The notes beneath the pieces are model-generated. The model did no database searches. It saw nothing but the letters and a program-made list of their open reading frames with translations, and was not told where the DNA came from. From Octopus sinensis (lineage: Eukaryota): 64,000 bases of DNA. The DNA lies in assembly GCF_006345805.1 (NCBI RefSeq), contig NC_043007.1:68634001-68698000 (forward strand). Direction: 5' to 3'. Of this stretch, positions 53,496-64,000 are shown piece after piece. Made by a program: the position numbers and the translations under genes. Every line of letters starts with the position of its first letter. The first letter of the stretch is position 1.

Positions 53496-55369
53496 TAGAT
53501 AGATAGAATTTATGACATAAAGAAAGAATAAACGAATAATAGTACACATCGAAAATATCCCACAATATTTTTTTCTGGCACGTAGAAGATTTAGGATCCA
53601 ACGAGAAAGAATTAACCATTACTTTATAGCAAAGAGCGATAAAATATTGCAAATCGCAACCGTATCTTTTATGCATAGAAAACAAATTTTTATTATGTGG
53701 TCTTAGCTACACAATAGTTGCAAAATGAGGCCTCGTGGTAAGAGTGTTGGAGTCCCCATCATAAATTCAAGGATTTGACTCTAGTTTTGACTCTAGCATT
53801 GCGTTCTTCAGACCACGTATTTCATTTCATGTTCCTTCAGTTTACTCATTTGAAATGTGTACCAGCACAGTGCATATACTGTCCCTTCTATCTCCAGTAG
53901 TCACACATGGATATCTCACTGGGTTGTATGCTGGAAGTTCGAAAATTGTTTGCTCTCAACGATATAGACACTGAAAACATGGTACATCCTGATAAGTCAT
54001 CTTCGCTTCCATGTGACGGTCAAAAATATAAGAGACACATTTGTACACAAATGATTGTAGACTTGCTTGATTAGATATTTTTTTGTCGATTAAATAGCAT
54101 TAACAATAGTATAGGGTTAAAATTCTTGCAGTTGTAGAATTTTAATGGCATTTTAATAGCAAAGTTGTAATACCAACAAAAAGTGTATTCAGTCAAAATT
54201 TTTTAACGTTTTAGTAGCGCTTGCAACTACATTTTAATAGCATCAATTTAATAATTACATTTTAATAACACCGATAATTTAATAGATAGAAAAATTTAAA
54301 AGCAACAACAGTTGTATAGGGTCAGAATTTGTATAATATTTTATAAGCATTTTAATCGCAATAATATTCTAATAATATTTTTTTTTAATGTTTTAATCGC
54401 AACAATAAAATAGAAATGACACTTTAATAGCAACAATACTTAAATAGCAACAACAGAAGTATTAGGTCAAAATTTTTTCTGTTATAAAATAAAACTTTTA
54501 TAGCTTTTTAATCACAACAGTAATGTCTGTCAAAAATTTTACAATAATAAAGTTCTTAACAAATTTGACGTTCACCTTTCAATTTTGGTATACTTTGCCT
54601 TGAATATTCCTTACAGGACAGATATAGGAAAACAAAATATGTAAGACATCAGAACACAAGAGAAATTAACCACTTTTAGTCTGAGGGGAGTTAACAACAG
54701 GACCTAAATCTAAGTCCTAAATTTTACTTCTAATGAATACAACAAAAGTTGCGAATTTTTAAGTAAAAACACTTGTCGGATAAGAAACCAAATATTTCAA
54801 ATATTTACTCATTGTTTTTGAAAACATGGAGTAGGAAATTTTGTTAAATTTGATTACATATACTGCAATGAAATTTTCCGCTCCACGTGATGCATCATGA
54901 ACTTCAACCATTTCATATTTCATCCATGGATCAATGTTTGATATACGAATATTCCAGATCTGAAAACGAGAATCAGCATTACGAAGGGCCTACAATTCCA
55001 TCTATTACCTTAATAATGGAAACAAAGAAACATTAGTCAGCCAAAAGGGTACTAAAGGGCTTGCAAGGAAGCTTCTATAGAGCAAATATAACAGGATGAA
55101 AGTGATTCGTTGGTGTTCCCATTTGAAATCCTAAATGCTATTATACGTATGCCGTATGCCTGGAAAGTACTTTGATATGCTTAATTAGATTATGAAGCAA
55201 ATCAGGTGGGTTGCTACTTTCGTGACAACAAAATGCATGCTGATTATTACTGAAGATATTTAATACGTTCATTGGAGAAATATTACAAAAGGTAATGTCA
55301 GTGAATGCGTATTTCTGGCGAGATGTTTAAGGGTAAGAATGTATGTACAAATGTATGTATGTATATATG

Positions 55370-55418
<49 letters not shown>

Positions 55419-56606
55419 TATATATGCGTGTGTGTGCGTGCGTCTGTGTGTGTCTGCGTGTGTGTGTATGTATATATGTGTGTGTGTGTATATATATATA
55501 TATACATATATGTATATATACATATATACATACATACATACATATATATATATATATGTATGTGTATCTTTACATATGTGTGTGTGTTTGTGTGTGTGTG
55601 TGTCTCTGTGTGTGTGAGTGTGCTCGTATTCCGATGTGTTAATGTATATTCATAAGACTGAATATGTATAAATGAAAACGCAGCCGCGCATATATATCAA
55701 TATATGCTTATATAAATATACATATATAAATACAGATATCTGTCCATCTATCAGTATTTATAAACATACAAACACACACGCACATACACACACATCCACA
55801 CACTTACACACATACACGCACATGCACACGCTTTTTAAGGTATTTATATATATATATTTGATTGTAAGTACGTTAGTAATACCTTGAGTGTAGACTGTTC
55901 AATGCATTAATCTAAACTTTGAATAGATTGTATGTATGTAGGTTTATGACTGAGTATATATGTGTGTAACACATATTTTGTTGTATCGGAAACCATGCAA
56001 TATAACTTAGACAACATGGTGATATTCATGTTACCCTCACTTCTGAACCAGATCCATCTTACACGCAACATGATTAGTTTGATAGAACTCTATATAACAC
56101 TGATTGCGAAGGAAACCGTTTCGTATACTTGCAATAAAATGTTTCGCTTTTAATCTTCATTTCCATCAAATTCTGCCATCAATGGGTAATAAATGACAGA
56201 TCATTTGAAAATGTTACCTCGCTCTCTCATACACACATACACCCCCCCCCACACACACGTGGACTATATGAAGGCGACTTCAAAAGTCGCTATGCTAATC
56301 ACATATCTTCTTTCCGACACTGGGTGAAAACTAAAGCTACTACATTGGCTAGCTACGTATAGGATTTGAAGTCGAACGCTATTCCATATACGACAAAGCG
56401 GAAAACCTTCTAAAAATCCACACCCTGACTTAACGGATGTAAGCTATGCGTGGCTGAAAGAAATCAGATTCTTTTCAAATCTAAGAGTTCTAGTTCTGAA
56501 ATTTTCATAAACATATGGCTAAGATCCTGTTGGAAGTACCACCTTCTGCAGATTGAGCAGCTGCACCGCAGACTCTTGACCATTATCTTTTCCCGGAACT
56601 GTGCAT

Positions 56607-56679
<73 letters not shown>

Positions 56680-56682
56680 TAT

Positions 56683-57365
56683 GAGAGGTAATGGTGTCAA
56701 TAAGACCCAAAGGTGTCAGGTAATGCTGAGTAAGTGCTATGGAGAGACCACAGTTAAGTTCCAGGTTCGGTGATTATGCGAATAAGAAGTCCAACGTAGG
56801 TCATATATCAGCATGTGTATATATAAAAAACTTTTTTCCAACGAGATAAAAAAACAAAGCTGGGAAGATTTTAGAACATTTATGAATAGAAGGTCTTACA
56901 GCTGTTTCCAGGATATTTATTATATCCCTTCATCTGGGACGTGTGAGAAAGTGATTAAGCAATAGTTAATTTAGATCAGATATGAAATAGAGAGTGAAGT
57001 GGAAGAATGAAAATTGATGTGAGAATTTCAGGGACATTGCATTTGTAGATCCATTATTTAAGCAGAATTGGATACATATAAGATTCCAATAACTTGTGAG
57101 TAAATTCCAATAGTATATAAATTGGTCATTCCAAGTATAGAGTTTATACACTGTGCTATTGAATCGAGGATTTTATTTAATGTGACCTAAAAGTAGGAAA
57201 TGTATTTGTCAGGTCAAATCGAAAACAGAAAGAGAGGAATAAAGAAAAGAAAAAAAAATTCCTTATTCGCATAATCACCGAACCTGGAGCTTAACTATGG
57301 TCTATCCATAGTAGTTATTCATCATTACCTGAAACATTTGGGTCTTACTGACACCATTACCTCTC
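56683..57365 (-). mobile_element. Fold-back element with 104-bp inverted ends and an internal hammerhead (56893-56940, minus)
   Basis: 56683-56786 is the reverse complement of 57262-57365. Minus strand GTCC-CAGATGA-AGGGATA-TAATAAA-TATCCTG-GAAAC-AGCT-GTA-AGAC (U4 changed to A). Confidence 0.8.
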
Positions 57366-57382
57366 TCTCACACACTCTCTCT

Positions 57383-57433
<51 letters not shown>

Positions 57434-57478
57434 TATATATATATAAATATATTTATATCTATACATATAGTTAAAATA

Positions 57479-57750
57479 ATTTGCCAAACTAACGTGGCAG
57501 TTGAATGTTAGTGTTATTTAACCCCAGGAAACATCGTCTCCAGCTGGCTATATGACACACAATCCGTATCCTTATATTTTCGAAAATGTAAGGAAGCAGA
57601 TTGTGCATCGTATAGCCAGCTGGAGACGATCTTTCCTGGCGTTAACTAACACTAATATTCGACTGCTACGCTATGTTGGCAAATAATCGTTACTCTAGAG
57701 TACTGTTACTAAGTGTCACTTGTGGAGAGATTTGCAAATAGAAATTTTCT
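57479..57750. mobile_element. Palindrome (57479-57684, centre 57581/57582) plus one-sided tail; carries the HHR-associated hairpin module
   Basis: CCAGGAAACATCGTCTCCAGCTGGCTAT pairs with ATAGCCAGCTGGAGACGATCTTTCCTGG. Similar to 33291-33360 and 36004-36076. Confidence 0.8.
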
Positions 57751-57786
57751 TATGCATACATATACATACATACATACATACATACA

Positions 57787-57822
<36 letters not shown>

Positions 57823-58912
57823 TATATAGGCATGCATATATATGTGTGTCTGTGTGAGTGTGCGTGATGTGTGTGTTAACATACTTTTCAGGAGAGTTAC
57901 TCGTTTATGGGAGCAAAAGTCTGGCTCTTCAATGTTGTCGATAATAGATAACTTTTTTATACGGTTCGATGGTTCGTGACACAGAAGAGGTTTATATCAA
58001 ACATTAAATCTAGATCCATCAATAGTACACTGCTGAACTACATCTCAAGTTTAAGGTAAATAGCAAATCCCAATACAAGTTTGCTTAATGTTCTCACAAT
58101 GTTTTATTTATTTAGTGTTTTATGGTATGTTGGAAGAAACGGAACATTCGTTTCACTTTCAAACCTCTAAAACTGCTAGGAAATAAAAGTTAATATAAGC
58201 CTGATGACATGACCAGACGATTTGCAAGACATGGAATCAGTTAAATAAACCCAAGAGTCTAAAAGTGCTTTTAAACAGGATAAAATTTAAGTACAATGTC
58301 CTTATCCAAACATAATTCATTTAAATCTAATCTACGCATTACCGTTCAAGCTGCAACGGTTTTTAGTTTCCGATATGAATGTAGCAAAGTAAAAAGAAAA
58401 AAACAAAACAACTAAGGAGGGATGAGAAATATACGGTATTTACTACTAAGTACTAGCTACTTGTGAAATAAATGCAGACTTCAAGACATAATTAATGACT
58501 AAGTAACCACTAAGGTTACTTTTTCTTATATCAGGCAATTACAGACAAGTAGAAACAAAAATAATTATAGACAACTAAGCTTAATTACAACCATATAACT
58601 CAACTCCAGAAATTCTTGATCGATTTTTAAAACCAAAATTAGGTAGCAGGGCATTGAAAAACTCTCAACGTCTCTGTTTTAATTCCTTTTAGGACACTTC
58701 ATATTTTGATAGTTTCTCTAATAGGGAAACGGTCATGTTAGGACGACTATATCGATCTCCAGTACTAGTCTCGTACTTATTATCATCGATCTCGAAGAAC
58801 GATGCATGAATATAACAATCACCTATGTGAAGACAACTGAAAAAGAAGGTAATGTAGTACATTTTATTTACCTTATACGCACGTATATAAACATACACCA
58901 CCCATATAATAT

Positions 58913-58955
<43 letters not shown>

Positions 58956-59655
58956 GCATATATATATATATGTATATGTATGTATAAAAATACGTATAAA
59001 TCTATGTATATATACATATATATAGTCACATTATATAAATGTGCATATATACATACTATACGTAGAAACACATATATATATACATATATACTATGCGTAA
59101 AGAATAATATAACATGAGTATGGAGGATATCAGGCTTTAACAGTAGAACGCAACATTAATTTCTGCACCGCACATTAGCTTTAAGTTGGTGAGATTATAT
59201 ATTCTTTTATTCTTCTATACATTCATTTGTTTCAGTCGTTTGACTGCAACCATGTTGGAGCACCGACTTTAGTGGAACAACTCGACCCCAGGACTTATTC
59301 TTTCGCTATGTTACGGGGAACGTAATCACACTAACATCGGTTGTCAAGCGATGCTTAGGGAACAAACACAGACATACAAACATATATACGACCGCTTTCT
59401 TTCTCACACACACATATACATACATATATATATATAATATATATATATATATATAATATATATATATATATAATATATAACATGCACAAAGATCAGAACT
59501 TAACTGCAGCTCTTGGTGGTCCAAATCGGATATGAAATCTATGTGGGTGTCTTTTCAATATATTGTCCTGGTTAAAAAGCTACATCAGACGCCATGATGA
59601 ATCTAAGGTTTAGGTACAAGAAATGGTCAGACTCTGAATAAAGAGTAGACAACAG

Positions 59656-59755
<100 letters not shown>

Positions 59756-59780
59756 ATATCTATCTATCTATATATCTATC

Positions 59781-59819
<39 letters not shown>

Positions 59820-59998
59820 CTGTGTGTCTGTGTGTCTGTGTGTGTGTGTGTCTGTGTGCGTGGGTGTATACATACAAACATACATATATATATATAAGAT
59901 ATACATATCTACGATATATAAACATAAATACACATGTATATGTGTGTGTGCGCATGCGTGCGTGTGTGAGTTTTATGTGCGCTTGTATATGAATATAT

Positions 59999-61110
59999 AT
60001 AGAGTGCCCAAGATAATGTAGACACATTTTAGTGACTGATTACTTGATTTTCGTTCCTTTTTAATATTTAATCCATTAAAACTAAAGAGTCCTAGACAAG
60101 ACTTTGCGCAAAAGAAATTTAACTGAAAGTGTTAGTTGTGTAATGAAATGGTAGTTAAAGAGCAAATACAGTTTAGAAGGGACTTTCAAACAAATCCATC
60201 TACGTGATTTCCCATTACTCGAATAGGAGTTAAGTTTCGATAAGACGGAACTATTAAGAATGTCCACATGAAACATTCCGGAAATCTACAGAAATCGACG
60301 AACCGCACAAAGTAATAAAGAATAACAGAAAAGTATTGTCAGAGTTTCAGAAAATCTGTGCAGCAAGCGAACCGTAGAATAGGAATTACAAAAATCAAGC
60401 ATCCATCGCATTTCGAAGCGCAGTCACTAGAATAGTCATATTCCAAAAATAGGCCACCCATGTACGAGTACGAGTATAGCTCTGCGATTGTTATGTAGGG
60501 AGGTGTGCAGAAGATGCATTCTTTCTAACGAGGGTCGTTTACAATGATGAAGCTACATTAAAATTAAATGGCTTAATTAACTGCTGTAGTTGTAACTACT
60601 GGAGACTTGAGAATCCGCATATTGCAGAAGATCAGCATGTTATTTTCCTAGGAGTTAAAGCAAGGTGTGGATTATCATCAAAAGTGTCAACTGGGCCATA
60701 TTTTGGCTGTTTCATTTATTTGAACTTATTGCGGCAATTCGTCATGAGTATATTACAGATGCAAAGTTATATTTCCTGCAAGATGAGGAACCCGCTCACT
60801 ACCTTACTAATCTAAGGACCTACTAAGATGAGAATCTGCCAAACAGGTAGACTGCACCAAGAGGTGAAGCAGAACACTTACCGTGTCCACTGTATATCAA
60901 GTCATTTGGTTTTCTTGTATGGGGATACTTAAAATATAAACTGTACGGTGCAAATTGGCAACACTCGTCGGATTTCGGGCAAGCATGCCACAAAAATGCG
61001 TGCAAATACCAAACGAAATGCTTCTTTCATGTTTGTGAAACACTACTTCGCTTTATCAGCAGTTGTTTCTTGATGGAGGGTCATCAGTTTAAAAACAGGC
61101 ATTCATAAAA
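59999..61110 (+). mobile_element. Decayed DD41D (rosa-type) Tc1/mariner transposon
   Basis: VVYNDEATLKLNGLINCCSCNYWRLENPH...CGLSSKVSTGPYF...FLQDEEPAHY...FGFLVWGYLK; 41 residues between the second D and the third catalytic position. Confidence 0.85.
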
Positions 61111-61216
61111 AATTCAATTCTGCCAAATAAATTTGAATACATACATACATATACACATATACATACATGCATACATACATACACCCCCCCCCACACACAA
61201 ATATATGAGAGTGTGT

Positions 61217-61256
<40 letters not shown>

Positions 61257-61319
61257 AGACGGAGAGTGCAAGAGAGAAAGAGATAGATTGATAGTTAGAT
61301 AACTAGCTAGCTAGCTAGC

Positions 61320-61379
<60 letters not shown>

Positions 61380-62962
61380 GAGGGGGGAGAGACATGCATA
61401 CATATAAACACGTGTATATGAATATATGTATATATGCCTATCTATTTATATCAAGCATTGTTCCTTAGTATTAGTCTCACAAAATTCACACACAAATCAT
61501 TGGTTGAAATGAGACTATGATTAAAGATACCCCTAGTGTCATGCATGGGATGGAACAAGTACGTGTGTATTCATCATTATTTAATTGCATTTTAGAATAA
61601 TTGAAGCGTATCTTTGAAAGTTTCGGAGTGTATCGAACTTACTTTGTGCATGTCATTTGGCCCACCTTGTACTTTTTAATTTTATTTTAGAAATTTATAT
61701 GATATTGAGGCTGATAAGACATCGATTCCATGAAAGTGTCAATGCTATAAGAGGTTCGCTGACTCCTGCACAAAGTTGAAATTTGACGCTAACACCCTAG
61801 GCAAAACAATTTGCAAGGTTTAATTTACGTTGAACTTTGAAAAGTTTTTTGAAATCGTGTATTGTGTTTTCATGAGGAATTACTGACCAACATTATCAAG
61901 CAACAAGTATTTAACAAGACTGAACTTGTTGAACTAGTCATTAGTTTCTGTATATTTAGCGTAACACTCAAATTTGCTTCCAATAAACTTTTTATTTGTG
62001 TAGAATCAATAAAAAGTTCATGGAACCAAATTGTAGTCCAATTTAAAATACTAATTCTTAATTCAACATTTTCATTCATTTAAAAACATTTGTTAGCTAA
62101 TATTGCTTAATTTTACTCGACATATACTAAAAAATATAAAAGTTACAAATTATAGAGAAATAAAAATCATTTATTCATTTATCCAAAAGTTCTAAGGTAT
62201 GAGTATCAGACAACCTCTAACCAAATTTCTTTGCCGGTTTTGAAGAATTTAGCTCGCAGAAAATATGTTGATCAAATAACTACAGTAGCACTATTAAGAA
62301 TTTTCACTTCTTAAAAAAAAACAATTATCCTTTTCGGGGTTGATTCTCATTAAACAAAACGGTAATAAGATAACTAGATTCAAATAAAAATACAAATAAA
62401 TGATTTAAAATTGGTGCCTCAGGTAACAACTCGCATCTAATCATCAATACCGTTTAATGTAATTATATACATTCTTTCTTATCATGCAAAGTTACAGACA
62501 AATGTACAATGTCAGGCACTCGCATTGTTTTGTACATGCTCAAAAACACAAAAGGGAAAACGAGCGCTCGCAATACAATAAACATGCAAATAAATATACT
62601 TTTTATACAATTGAATGTGCAATCAAAATTTAAATGCATTTTGGACACAAATATATGTTACTAAACGCTAACGTGAGAACATCGACCTCTTATAAAAAAT
62701 AACTATATAATACACATATGTAACAAAATAAATAATTATAAACATCCATTTACTCTAGCAAACAATGACTGCACATACACAGGTATACTGCAAGCAAGTT
62801 TGATGAGCAAATCCCATATCTTTACAAGGAGGAAGAATGGCGAAAAGACATAGACATAGATATGTAGGGATACACATAAATACACGCACTCACATACACA
62901 TACACATACACATGTACATATACATACACAGAAATATATGTATGTGTGTGCGTGTATGTATG

Positions 62963-63006
<44 letters not shown>

Positions 63007-64000
63007 TGGGGGGGTGTATCAATTCTTTTACTCGTTTCAGTTCTTGTACAGCGGCCATCTTGGGGTGCCGCCCTGGAAACTTGCCCCAGATGAAGATTGA
63101 ACTCATGGCTTTCAGGTGATCAGATTCTGCAATGTACGTTCTTAATTATGAGACAGATACGTTGTCTACCACGCTATCGTGGGATTTCCTCCACTCTCAT
63201 CCTACCACTTCAACCACTAAACGTACACTCACACACACATATATATCTGTACACACATGCTCTTCATATATGGTAGCAATAACAGTGATGGTGGTGTATC
63301 TCTGTTGTACGATGATGATTCAGTCGTTCATTCAACTGAATTAACTTCTCTTGAATTAACGTGTAAGCGCTCGATCAATTCAGACGTGCATCAGGTTGAA
63401 TCAATATGGTACGCTGTATGACAAGTTGTAATCATTTTACATTATGGTTACAATCCACTAGACAAGGAGTTTCCGTCTCGCTAAATTCACTCACAAGCTG
63501 TGGGTCAAGTTGAGGTTACACATAACATATACATAAAATATCATGCAATGGGTTTGAACCCAAGTTCTCATGGTCGCGAACCAAATTTTTTTAGCCAGAT
63601 AACGATCAGAGCAAACATACATAATATCCATATAACTAAATTAACGACACAACTTTTTTTTTATTGGAAGTTTCCTTTAAGTATATTAAGGAATTATCTT
63701 AAGAAGGTAGATATATCCAACGTGATAATGTAGCAGGTAATTAGGTGAGAGTTGAATGGTTCGAATGATATCATTTTACTGATAACTACTAAATCACTTC
63801 ATGATTAAAGTCACGAATAAAGATTTAAAATTTACGAATCAGTAAGCAGTAGATAATATCTATAATATATACCTAAAAAGAGACAAAAACAAAAACAGTA
63901 TATATTTATTTCTCCCCAAGCAGAGACGGTTTCTGTCTAGACTTTGCAGAGTTGAATAAAGCTGGAAAGAAAGTCTAAAGTAGCAAATATATTATATTGG

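Overview
AT-rich eukaryotic non-coding DNA saturated with microsatellites. The SINE types and repeat density suggest an octopod (Octopus) genome; this is inference, not a database match. No host protein-coding exon can be supported, and nearly all listed ORFs are microsatellite artefacts. Recognisable coding remnants are decayed transposons: three DD37D maT-type, one mariner with long TIRs, one DD41D rosa-type, plus L1/Tx1, RTE, Gypsy and possible Penelope fragments. Three abundant tRNA-derived SINE families are present. The main hidden signal, read by eye on both strands, is more than 15 minimal type I hammerhead ribozyme (HHR) motifs, several with intact cores, inside short non-coding elements that sit in (TA)n/(ATT)n tracts and often fold back on themselves. 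Highlights: a retrozyme-like unit with two HHR-bearing direct repeats whose cut sites are 568 nt apart (45647-46510); a 2.6-kb palindrome with an HHR in each arm (2066-4640); a tRNA-headed SINE-like element ending in an HHR (37018-37345); an HHR with a compensated U3-A8 core (30843-30896); and an HHR-linked covarying hairpin module seen three times. Coordinates were counted by hand and degenerate element edges are approximate.
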